Shown piece by piece: positions 9,162 to 15,432 of a stretch of DNA of 40,000 nt. Under the pieces are notes generated by a model. The model was not told where the DNA came from. It searched no databases and saw only the letters and a program-made list of their open reading frames with translations. The DNA lies in assembly GCF_016900875.1 (NCBI RefSeq), contig NZ_JAFEUM010000001.1:235241-275240 (forward strand). Reading direction: 5' to 3'. Within the stretch, counting starts at the first letter, position 1. Each line of letters opens with the position of its first letter. The DNA comes from Vibrio ulleungensis (GTDB lineage: Bacteria > Pseudomonadota > Gammaproteobacteria > Enterobacterales > Vibrionaceae). A program made the translations under genes and the position numbers.

Positions 9162-9737
9162 TTGAATAATTGGAATTCCGTAGCAAATACAGTGCAGTTT
9201 AACCTTGAAATATCCACTAAAGATCTAATGGATCATGCTCCAATTGGTTCAAATATCCTTGATTTCGGTTGTGGCTATGGGCGAATATCAAATCAATTGT
9301 ATTCTCTGGGCTATCGCAAAATTGTCGGTGTTGATAGTTCTGAAAAAATGATTAATCGAGGGAGTTTCGACTTTCCCCATTTGGATTTACGATTTTCAAA
9401 TGCGGATACCTTGCCATTTCCAGACGCTAAGTTCGATGTTGTTTTTACGTGTGCAGTTTTTACGTGTATTGACCAGTTAGAAAAAAGGCAGCGTATATTT
9501 GACGAACTAGTTCGTGTGACTAAACCAAATGGTATTATTTACATTGCTGAATTTAGCTCGCCACAAAGCTCCAAGTTTCTCTCCGGCCAAGGTGTGCCAA
9601 TGTGGCATAGTAGTCATCATGAACTTGAAGAACTTGCTAGCAATTTAGTAATTGAACTATCGCGGTTAACTGACACGAATACGATGACAGGGCATAAGAG
9701 TAGTGCAAGCCACATAATTGCGCGAAAAACCATATAA
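9162..9737 (+). CDS. cassette 4: class I SAM-dependent methyltransferase (191 aa)
   Basis: ILDFGCGYGR motif I and VVFTCAVFTCI...PNGIIYIAEF post-motifs. TTG start 7 nt after the AAGGAG at 9149-9154. Confidence 0.8.
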   Translation: MNNWNSVANTVQFNLEISTKDLMDHAPIGSNILDFGCGYGRISNQLYSLGYRKIVGVDSSEKMINRGSFDFPHLDLRFSNADTLPFPDAKFDVVFTCAVFTCIDQLEKRQRIFDELVRVTKPNGIIYIAEFSSPQSSKFLSGQGVPMWHSSHHELEELASNLVIELSRLTDTNTMTGHKSSASHIIARKTI

Positions 9738-9827
9738 CAAAAAGTTTAAGATGGATTCCATACGCGTGCCGACTCGCTTACGCTCAAACATGGCACACGT
9801 ATTTCACCACTTAACTTGGCGTTAGTT
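9734..9827 (+). repeat. attC 4 (94 bp)
   Basis: ATAACAAAAAGTTTAAGATGGATTCCATACGCGTGCCGACTCGCTTACGCTCAAACATGGCACACGTATTTCACCACTTAACTTGGCGTTAGTT. The central roughly 45 nt are nearly identical to attC 2. Confidence 0.9.
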
Positions 9828-9848
9828 GCTAATTGGAAAGGTTTCGAT

Positions 9849-10091
9849 ATGGATGATCTAATAAATGCAGTGCTTAGAATTTTTGGTGCTGCTATTAAAT
9901 TTGTTCTTGAGATAAGAGTCGTTGAACTTTTCTTCTATGGTGTTGGTTTTGTGGTATCCAAAACCTTTACGTTAGGAAAGTATCCTTCCAAAGAATCTGA
10001 CAAAATTAAGGTCAATTATATTGGATTAATTACCGTGGTATTTTGTCTCATTGCAATTGGTATTTTCAATACTTCGCAACGAATAACCTAA
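9849..10091 (+). CDS. cassette 5: small two-TM membrane protein (80 aa)
   Basis: The in-frame ATG at 9849 is the first start outside attC 4. Hydrophobic segments are VVELFFYGVGFVV and LITVVFCLIAIGIF. Confidence 0.5.
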   Translation: MDDLINAVLRIFGAAIKFVLEIRVVELFFYGVGFVVSKTFTLGKYPSKESDKIKVNYIGLITVVFCLIAIGIFNTSQRIT

Positions 10092-10099
10092 CTGCGCAA

Positions 10100-10196
10100 C
10101 TAACAAGGCGCTTAAGTCTGATTCGTGAACGCGTGCCATTTTCGCTTCGCTCTAATTCTGGAACACTTTCACTCACAGCTTAGCTTGGCGTTAGAA
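10100..10196 (+). repeat. attC 5 (97 bp)
   Basis: CTAACAAGGCGCTTAAGTCTGATTCGTGAACGCGTGCCATTTTCGCTTCGCTC...CTCACAGCTTAGCTTGGCGTTAGAA. Confidence 0.85.
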
Positions 10197-10210
10197 GTTA
10201 CCGAGGAGAT

Positions 10211-10663
10211 ATGGCTAACAGAAGAGAGCTTGGTAGCCTCGCAAGTGGAATCGTAGGCTCATTTAATAGCAGGAACAATGATGTCGACGGCTATTGGGGA
10301 ATAGGCAAACTCTATAAATTTGTCGAGTTCGCTCATGAGAAAGTGGTTGAGTTGGATCTTCTAGCGTCCTCTACAGCACCACCCACACATGAATTCGACA
10401 CAATGTTGGCGTTCTATCGCGATATGCTACTTAACCTGCTGAGGAAACGATCAATTCCTAAGGGCTGGGTAAAGTCCGCGAAGGTTGTCGTTCGCTTTGA
10501 GGCGAAGTTTCAGCAAGAGCACCATTTCTTCCGCTCTGCTATAGGTCAACCTTGCCAGGTTGAGTGTTACATAGTTGATGACTTTGGGAGTCGGCACATC
10601 GCATATGCCTATAACTATTGCCGTCCGCACGACCCGCAGGTGGAAACGAGGAGTTGCCGTTGA
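10211..10663 (+). CDS. cassette 6: orphan protein (150 aa)
   Basis: GAGGAG RBS at 10203-10208 and ATG at 10211. No motif recognised. The ORF fills the cassette. Confidence 0.6.
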   Translation: MANRRELGSLASGIVGSFNSRNNDVDGYWGIGKLYKFVEFAHEKVVELDLLASSTAPPTHEFDTMLAFYRDMLLNLLRKRSIPKGWVKSAKVVVRFEAKFQQEHHFFRSAIGQPCQVECYIVDDFGSRHIAYAYNYCRPHDPQVETRSCR

Positions 10664-10671
10664 AGCAACTT

Positions 10672-10752
10672 CTAACAAGGCGCTCAACCGGACGCCAAAA
10701 GTCGCGCTTCGCGCTACAGCACTTTTGCCGCCGGTTAGCTTAAGCGTTATGC
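10672..10752 (+). repeat. attC 6 (81 bp)
   Basis: CTAACAAGGCGCTCAACCGGACGCCAAAAGTCGCGCTTCGCGCTACAGCACTTTTGCCGCCGGTTAGCTTAAGCGTTATGC. Confidence 0.8.
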
Positions 10753-10759
10753 TACCTAT

Positions 10760-10788
10760 TTGATATCAGGACTAAAGTTAGGTAATTT
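10760..10788 (+). promoter_or_regulatory. candidate cassette-internal promoter for cassette 7
   Basis: TTGATA (10760-10765), a 17-nt spacer, then TAATTT (10783-10788), inside an unusually long 72-nt leader between attC 6 and the ATG at 10825. The -10 is weak. Confidence 0.3.
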
Positions 10789-10824
10789 AAAACATCATTT
10801 ATCGCAATATAGCAGGAGCTATTA

Positions 10825-11385
10825 ATGAAATTTGTGTTTGTGGACGCAGAGAACGTTGGAGTGAAAGGAATCGAGCGAGTAAAAGCTACGCTAGCTGATA
10901 AAGTTTTTGTTTTTTCCAAATCAAATAGTATTCAGCAACATTGTGAAAAAGAGCTTTTCCATCATCTTTCTGACTACCCTAGTGGTCAAAACCAAGCTGA
11001 TTTCTATATCATTTCATACCTATCACGTGTGCTTTCAACATTGGAGCAACAAGCTCTTGCTTCTGCTCACTTTGAGCTATTTAGCAATGATGAAAGCTTA
11101 ATTTCAGCTTTCGAGTTTCAATGTAAAAAGTTAGGAGCTAAGTTCAGAGTTGTAAGAATTAAAGATGAAGTTGTCGTGCCTATTGTTGTGAACGAAAAAT
11201 CTAACTTTATATCAGCTGAACAAAAGCTATATGCGGCGTTAAAGTCACCAAAAAATCTAGACCCTAGTTTTCAAGAACAGTTGGGCTTATCCCGTCAGGC
11301 ATTTACTAAAGCGGTGAATACACTTTCTAGTAGCAATAAGATCAGACGTTCTGATACAGATAAGAAACAGTGGGTTCAGTGCTAG
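10825..11385 (+). CDS. cassette 7: NYN/PIN-like domain protein with C-terminal HTH-like tail (186 aa)
   Basis: MKFVFVDAENVG, NQADFYIISYL and ELFSNDESLISAFEFQCKKLGAKFRVV reproduce the D-x-x-N, AD and S-x-D spacing of NYN (LabA-like) nucleases. The C-terminus QEQLGLSRQAFTKAVNTLSSSNKI looks like an HTH. The assignment is by eye only. Confidence 0.6.
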   Translation: MKFVFVDAENVGVKGIERVKATLADKVFVFSKSNSIQQHCEKELFHHLSDYPSGQNQADFYIISYLSRVLSTLEQQALASAHFELFSNDESLISAFEFQCKKLGAKFRVVRIKDEVVVPIVVNEKSNFISAEQKLYAALKSPKNLDPSFQEQLGLSRQAFTKAVNTLSSSNKIRRSDTDKKQWVQC

Positions 11386-11392
11386 CGATAGC

Positions 11393-11518
11393 ATAACAAA
11401 GCATTCAAGAGTGATTCCCAACGAATAGCATTTTTCATTCCATCGTTGGGTTTTGTGTCTATGGCGGCATGGTTAAGTTCCATGGTAGCGTTGCTCACCC
11501 CTTAATGCGGCGTTATAC
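11393..11518 (+). repeat. attC 7 (126 bp, long class)
   Basis: ATAACAAAGCATTCAAGAGTGATTCCCAACGAATAGCATTTTT...GTAGCGTTGCTCACCCCTTAATGCGGCGTTATAC. Confidence 0.9.
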
Positions 11519-11534
11519 ATATGGAAGGCTCAAG

Positions 11535-12041
11535 ATGAAAGATGAAATTGAAGGTTTGAAAAGGAAGAAACTTGAGATACTACTCTTGAGCGTAATTATC
11601 CCAATAATAGTGAGCGCTGTTACATATTGGGCTACTAAATTTTTAGAACGTCCGGAGTGTGCTGAGCAGTCGCCATTATCTCTTGAAGTGCAAAATAGTT
11701 TTAATAGGCTTAATTATCATGGTTTTGTACTTTCTGGGAATGAACAGAAATATGAGGATTTTTTTGCTTCGATGAGGATGTTCCAAGACAATTTAGGCGG
11801 GGAAAGCAAACATTTGCACAGTATTGCTGCGTATTTATCTAATGAGGTTAGTAAAGCTCGTATTTATATGGAAACTAATAATTCCTCGGAATTGACACCA
11901 GAGCAATTGCATATATTAAGCAAGGCTAGAATCGAGTTTGACGCTGTTGTCCAAGCTTTATCATGCGGATACTCAATTGGTAAGGATGAGTGTTCGATCT
12001 GTTTTGGGGTTGACCCATCAATAGATTACAGTCCCCGGTAG
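11535..12041 (+). CDS. cassette 8: N-terminally membrane-anchored protein (168 aa)
   Basis: The ATG at 11535 is the first start outside attC 7 (GGAAGG at 11523). There is a basic N-terminus, then the TM segment LEILLLSVIIPIIVSAVTYWATKFL, then a soluble helical-looking domain. No family recognised. Confidence 0.6.
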   Translation: MKDEIEGLKRKKLEILLLSVIIPIIVSAVTYWATKFLERPECAEQSPLSLEVQNSFNRLNYHGFVLSGNEQKYEDFFASMRMFQDNLGGESKHLHSIAAYLSNEVSKARIYMETNNSSELTPEQLHILSKARIEFDAVVQALSCGYSIGKDECSICFGVDPSIDYSPR

Positions 12042-12047
12042 ATATGT

Positions 12048-12170
12048 ATAACAAAATGTTTAAGAGGGATTCGCAACGCGTGGCATTTTTACTATGCGTT
12101 GATTTTTGTGTTTAAGGTGGTTGCGGCAACATCGGTATTGCGTTGCTCACCCCTTAACATGGCGTTATGT
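12048..12170 (+). repeat. attC 8 (123 bp, long class)
   Basis: ATAACAAAATGTTTAAGAGGGATTCGCAACGCGTGGCATTTTT...TTGCGTTGCTCACCCCTTAACATGGCGTTATGT. Confidence 0.9.
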
Positions 12171-12197
12171 GCTAGTGAGAAATTTGAGGATAGAAGT

Positions 12198-12551
12198 ATG
12201 AAATATGCCCCAATTAAAGATGAAATTACGTTTGATGACTTCTCTAAAATTGATATTCGAGTTGGTTTAATCGAAGAGGTATCTGAAGTAGCTAAATCTG
12301 ACAAACTAATGAAGTTAACAGTAGACTTTGGTGACCATAAGCGCTCGATTTTAGCTGGTATAAAACAAGAGCGTGAAAACCCGAAAGAGATAGAGGGTAA
12401 GCAAGCTTTGTTTGTGGTGAATTTGCCAGAAAGAAAAATGGTAGGTGAAGTATCTCAAGGTATGTTGTTCGACATTGGCTATGAAGATAAGTTACAACCA
12501 TGCTTAGCTTGCCCAGAATCAGAAATGCCTAATGGCGCTAGAGCTGGGTAG
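12198..12551 (+). CDS. cassette 9: tRNA-binding domain protein (CsaA/YgjH-like, 117 aa)
   Basis: FSKIDIRVGLIEEVSEVAKSDKLMKLTVDFG...ALFVVNLPERKMVGEVSQGML matches the OB-fold tRNA-binding (EMAP/CsaA) pattern. ATG at 12198 after the GAGGA at 12186. Confidence 0.8.
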   Translation: MKYAPIKDEITFDDFSKIDIRVGLIEEVSEVAKSDKLMKLTVDFGDHKRSILAGIKQERENPKEIEGKQALFVVNLPERKMVGEVSQGMLFDIGYEDKLQPCLACPESEMPNGARAG

Positions 12552-12556
12552 CGCAC

Positions 12557-12652
12557 ATAACAAAGCATTTAAGAGCGATTCCGTAACGTGTGCCGATTTC
12601 GCTTCGCTCAAGTGTGGCACACGTTACTCCACGCCTTAATGCGGCGTTAAAT
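12557..12652 (+). repeat. attC 9 (96 bp)
   Basis: ATAACAAAGCATTTAAGAGCGATTCCGTAACGTGTGCCGATTTCGCTTCGCTCAAGTGTGGCACACGTTACTCCACGCCTTAATGCGGCGTTAAAT. Confidence 0.9.
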
Positions 12653-12670
12653 TGCAATCGAGGATGGTGG

Positions 12671-13435
12671 ATTATTAAATTAGAAACATATGATGTGTTT
12701 GGTGGTGAGTCAGCTTCTGGTAACCCTTGTGGTGTATTAGAGCTTGATAATTGGCTTTCTGATGAAGAGTTACAGAAAATAACTTGTGAAGCAGGACTTC
12801 CAGTTACCTCTTTTGTTATTAAAATTAATGGACAGTTTCACATTCGCTGGTTTGCGCTGGATGGGGAAATTAACCTGTGTGGGCATGGTAGCTTAGGGGC
12901 TGGTGCTGCAATCATCTCTAAGAACAAACTCGATCGTGTACTTTTCAGTAGCAAATACGGAGACGTCTCAATTGCCAAAAAGAATGGTATTTATACTCTT
13001 GAGTTGCCTAGTTGGAAAGGTGAAACATGTGTCGTTCCACCAGAAATAGCGGATTTGGCTGTTGATGCTATTGATGTATTTTCAACTCGAGACTTAGTTA
13101 TAGTCTTGCCCTCAATAGAATCTGTAAGAGATTTTAAGCCTGATGATATGCGCTTTAAACAGCTTGATAATTACCATGCTTTAATCGTGACCGCAGCAAA
13201 TGGCGAAAATGGGTACGTATTAAGATATTTTGCGCCCAAAATTGGTATATCTGAAGATCTAGCGACAGGTTCCGCTCAATGCTCTTTAGCTCCATACTGG
13301 ATTGACAGGCTTAACTCAGATTCACTTCAGGTACACCAACTTTCGTCGTCAGGTGGTTATTTTGGCGTAAGGCGTATTTCAGCTGGCTCAATCGTGTTAT
13401 CAGCAAATGCAAAGCTACGGAAAATAGCAATTTAA
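12671..13435 (+). CDS. cassette 10: PhzF-family isomerase/epimerase (start codon uncertain)
   Basis: KLETYDVFGGESASGNPCGVLEL, NLCGHGSLGA and DLATGSAQCSLAPYW match PhzF-family motifs. No ATG/GTG/TTG lies between attC 9 and the conserved N-terminus. ATT at 12671 or 12674 follows the GAGGA at 12660-12664. The track start (GTG at 12590) is inside attC 9. Confidence 0.75.
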   Translation: MIKLETYDVFGGESASGNPCGVLELDNWLSDEELQKITCEAGLPVTSFVIKINGQFHIRWFALDGEINLCGHGSLGAGAAIISKNKLDRVLFSSKYGDVSIAKKNGIYTLELPSWKGETCVVPPEIADLAVDAIDVFSTRDLVIVLPSIESVRDFKPDDMRFKQLDNYHALIVTAANGENGYVLRYFAPKIGISEDLATGSAQCSLAPYWIDRLNSDSLQVHQLSSSGGYFGVRRISAGSIVLSANAKLRKIAI

Positions 13436-13526
13436 CAAAGCATTTAAGAGTGATTCGCAACGCTTGGCAGTTTCGCTTCGCTCAAGTATAGCCAAGCGCC
13501 GCTCACACCTTAATGCGGCGTTAGTT
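13432..13526 (+). repeat. attC 10 (95 bp)
   Basis: TTAACAAAGCATTTAAGAGTGATTCGCAACGCTTGGCAGTTTCGCTTCGCTCAAGTATAGCCAAGCGCCGCTCACACCTTAATGCGGCGTTAGTT. Confidence 0.9.
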
Positions 13527-13541
13527 GCCCAGCGGCTGAAA

Positions 13542-13820
13542 TTAGTTTGTCGGGAACTTCTGCTTTTGATGGAGTACACGCATGATACGAATGATCTCTA
13601 CCTCAACCCAGTACGAGACAACCATCGAAATTTCAGGAATGATCAGCAGCCTGCCTCGTATTCCATCTCGCTGAACTCCCATTAAAGGTTGCTCTAACAG
13701 GCACTCAACTTTTGACGCAATGAGGTCATCAGTTTTCTCGGCTGCTGCTGGGTTAAAGTCGTATAGAAATTCAAAAATCTTCTCACGATCATTTAGAGAT
13801 TCTTCTTCCCAGAAAATCAT
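13542..13820 (-). CDS. cassette 11: RelE/ParE-family type II toxin (92 aa)
   Basis: MIFWEEESLNDREKIFEFL...RLLIIPEISMVVSYWVEVEIIRIMRVLHQKQ follows the RelE/ParE fold pattern. There is a 4-nt ATGA overlap with the upstream antitoxin gene. The module is inverted relative to the array. Confidence 0.85.
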   Translation of the reverse strand: MIFWEEESLNDREKIFEFLYDFNPAAAEKTDDLIASKVECLLEQPLMGVQRDGIRGRLLIIPEISMVVSYWVEVEIIRIMRVLHQKQKFPTN

Positions 13821-14101
13821 TGGTTGCCACGGTCACGAATTCTTGCTTTACGCTCTGCCATTCGAGACTTTGCTGTATTGTGGTCAATAAAAACGGCTTT
13901 CCCTGAGTCATACTTCTCAAATGCTAGGTTTACCTGTTCTGTTAACCAAGCATCATGCGATAATGATTTTCTTTGTTGTTCAGCTAGTTGCTCTGTGAGT
14001 TCCCGGCAAGCATCACTAAGTGTTCGGCCTTGGCTCTCAGCCATTTGCTGTGCTAGGCGTTTGGTTTCCTCGTCAACACGAAATTGAATTCTAGTGTCCA
14101 T
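13817..14101 (-). CDS. cassette 11: RelB/DinJ-family antitoxin (94 aa)
   Basis: MDTRIQFRVDEETKRLAQQMAESQGRTLSDACRELTEQLA is a ribbon-helix-helix DinJ/RelB-type N-terminus. Start set to the ATG at 14101 (GAGGA RBS) rather than the track start at 14185. Confidence 0.8.
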   Translation of the reverse strand: MDTRIQFRVDEETKRLAQQMAESQGRTLSDACRELTEQLAEQQRKSLSHDAWLTEQVNLAFEKYDSGKAVFIDHNTAKSRMAERKARIRDRGNQ

Positions 14102-14156
14102 AATGCATTCCTCTTGTGTGTGTACAAATGTTAGCACTACGCATTGGGTCGGGCAA

Positions 14157-14266
14157 CTAACAAATTGCTTAAGAGTGACGGCCAACCTTGGGCATTTTCG
14201 GTTCGGTTGGCTTTAGTGTTTACGGTGGCATTGTTTGGGTTTCGTGGTGTTAGCAAAGCGTTAGTT
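14157..14266 (+). repeat. attC 11 (110 bp, long class)
   Basis: CTAACAAATTGCTTAAGAGTGACGGCCAACCTTGGGCATTTTCGG...GGTGTTAGCAAAGCGTTAGTT. Confidence 0.85.
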
Positions 14267-14296
14267 GCCTTATCAATATCGCATGTTCAATTTACT

Positions 14297-14329
14297 GTAC
14301 AAGTATATGAGTGAAGACTATACTTGTAC
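14297..14329. promoter_or_regulatory. yefM-yoeB operator: perfect 11-bp inverted repeat containing GTAC cores
   Basis: GTACAAGTATA (14297-14307) and TATACTTGTAC (14319-14329) are separated by 11 nt, 27 nt upstream of the yefM ATG. A further GTAC lies at 14338-14341. YefM-YoeB operators in E. coli are built on TGTACA palindromes. Confidence 0.6.
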
Positions 14330-14355
14330 CATTAAACGTACATGTTGAGGTTCTT

Positions 14356-14610
14356 ATGAGAATCGTATCTTTTACTGAAGCTAGGAATGGTCTTAAAGCT
14401 GTTTTAGACGATGTAGTTAATGACGCAGACACGACAGTCATTACACGTCGTGACTCTGAAGATGCTGTGGTTATGTCTTTAGACTACTACAACAGTCTTA
14501 TGGAGACAGTGCACTTACTACGCTCTCCTCAAAATGCTGAACACTTAAACCGCTCTATAGCGCAGTACCGTGCTGGTCAAGCAACCGCACGAGAGTTAAT
14601 TGATGAGTAG
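14356..14610 (+). CDS. yefM: cassette 12: YefM/Phd-family antitoxin (84 aa)
   Basis: MRIVSFTEARNGLKAVLDDVVNDADTTVITRRDSEDAVVMSLDYYNSLMETVHLLRSPQNAEHL is a canonical YefM sequence. ATG at 14356 after GAGG. Confidence 0.9.
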   Translation: MRIVSFTEARNGLKAVLDDVVNDADTTVITRRDSEDAVVMSLDYYNSLMETVHLLRSPQNAEHLNRSIAQYRAGQATARELIDE

Positions 14611-14872
14611 TAACCAACGTTTACTATCGTGGACTGATGAGGCTTGGGGTGACTATTTGTATTGGCAAACCCAAGATAAGAAAACACTCAAGCGCATTAA
14701 TAAGCTCATCAATGATGTTAAGCGTTCGCCTTTTGAGGGTATTGGCAAACCAGAGCCGTTAAAAGAGAACTTATCTGGTTTTTGGTCTCGCCGCATTGAC
14801 GACACTAATAGACTTGTTTACGCAGTCGATGATCAAGCGATAACAATAATTTCATGTCGCTACCACTACTAA
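14603..14872 (+). CDS. yoeB: cassette 12: YoeB-family toxin (89 aa)
   Basis: LSWTDEAWGDYLYWQTQDKKTLKRINKLINDVKRSPFEGIGKPEPLKENLSGFWSRRIDDTNRLVY...CRYHY is a canonical YoeB sequence. It overlaps the yefM 3' end by 8 nt. Confidence 0.9.
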   Translation: MSSNQRLLSWTDEAWGDYLYWQTQDKKTLKRINKLINDVKRSPFEGIGKPEPLKENLSGFWSRRIDDTNRLVYAVDDQAITIISCRYHY

Positions 14873-14894
14873 ATTAAGTTAAGCGGTCGGGCAT

Positions 14895-14925
14895 CTAACA
14901 AACGACTATGGCGTCAGTAGCCAAT
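14895..14925 (+). repeat. truncated attC-like left half at the end of the intact array
   Basis: CTAACAAACGACTATGGCGTCAG resembles the R''/L'' start of the other attCs. No GCGTTA-type R' follows before the next ORF. Confidence 0.3.
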
Positions 14926-14999
14926 CCATCGCGATATTCCCAACCCCTAGCTCGGTCTAATTCAGGTATACTACCCAATTGACCACCAGACCAAGCCTT

Positions 15000-15293
15000 A
15001 TGAATATCCCCACCAAAACTCTATCAACCCTCGAAGTATCCTGCTCAAATTGCAAAGCGTGTTGTTGCCGCTTAGAGGTTATGATTCTCACCGATACTGG
15101 CGTGCCGGAAGAGCATATAAAGCGTGATAGATGGGGCGGTGAAACCATGCTTAGGCTATCGGATGGTTGGTGCTCTGCGTTAGACCGCGAACTCTACACA
15201 TGCACAATTTATGAAAATCGCCCTTTAATTTGTAGAGAGTTTGAAATGGGCTCATACGAATGCAAGGATGAACGAGCAGAATACAATTTATAA
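15000..15293 (+). CDS. YkgJ-family cysteine-cluster protein (97 aa)
   Basis: CSNCKACCC (CxxCxxCC) and YENRPLICREF motifs typical of the YkgJ/UPF0153 family. First ATG at 15000. Confidence 0.75.
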   Translation: MNIPTKTLSTLEVSCSNCKACCCRLEVMILTDTGVPEEHIKRDRWGGETMLRLSDGWCSALDRELYTCTIYENRPLICREFEMGSYECKDERAEYNL

Positions 15294-15300
15294 TGTTGAC

Positions 15301-15432
15301 ATAACTCTTTAAAAGACAACTTAAGCGGGCAGTCACAATGTGGCGCTACTTATTTGGGCTTTAGGTGGGTGATCGCGGCGGTTCGTTCGACCCATGAGGT
15401 CGCGTTTTTCGCCTGTTTATTGGGCGTTGATA
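15301..15432 (+). repeat. degenerate attC-like element (candidate)
   Basis: It starts ATAAC 8 nt after the stop. It ends CCTGTTTATTGGGCGTTGATA, which aligns to the consensus end CCTTAATGCGGCGTTA with R' changed to GTTG. Length is 132 bp, close to the long class, but the arms pair poorly. Confidence 0.3.

Larger units (their letters stand above)
6187..14899. mobile_element. chromosomal integron: intI, attI and 12 cassettes with canonical or near-canonical attC sites
   Basis: intI on the minus strand, a GTTATGG junction at 7386, then 11 repeats that start [A/C]TAACAA and end GCGTTA[G/T/A], each directly after an ORF stop. The last cassette (yefM-yoeB) is followed only by CTAACAAACG. Confidence 0.9.

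Noticed and set aside
8384-13685. Track ORF starts or ORFs that begin inside attC sites (8384, 9816, 11469, 12099, 12590, 13464).
   Set aside because: The extra N-terminal residues (for example ...HPLMRRY, ...SPLNMAL, ...LNAAL) are recurrent translations of the conserved attC end. Proper RBS-preceded starts lie just downstream. 13464..13685 is also antisense to the RelE/ParE toxin gene.
13824-14087. Plus-strand ORF of 87 aa.
   Set aside because: It is antisense to the well-supported RelB/DinJ antitoxin gene.
14840-14884. A 45-nt mini-hairpin ATAACAATAATTT...AAATTAAGTTAAGC at the yoeB 3' end, considered as a possible attC 12.
   Set aside because: It is shorter than any known functional attC (about 55 nt or more), lies largely inside the yoeB coding sequence, and lacks L-box structure.
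15380-15400. GGCGGTTCGTTCGACCC, which resembles a tRNA T-arm.
   Set aside because: The flanking bases cannot form a T-stem or acceptor stem, and no cloverleaf can be drawn.
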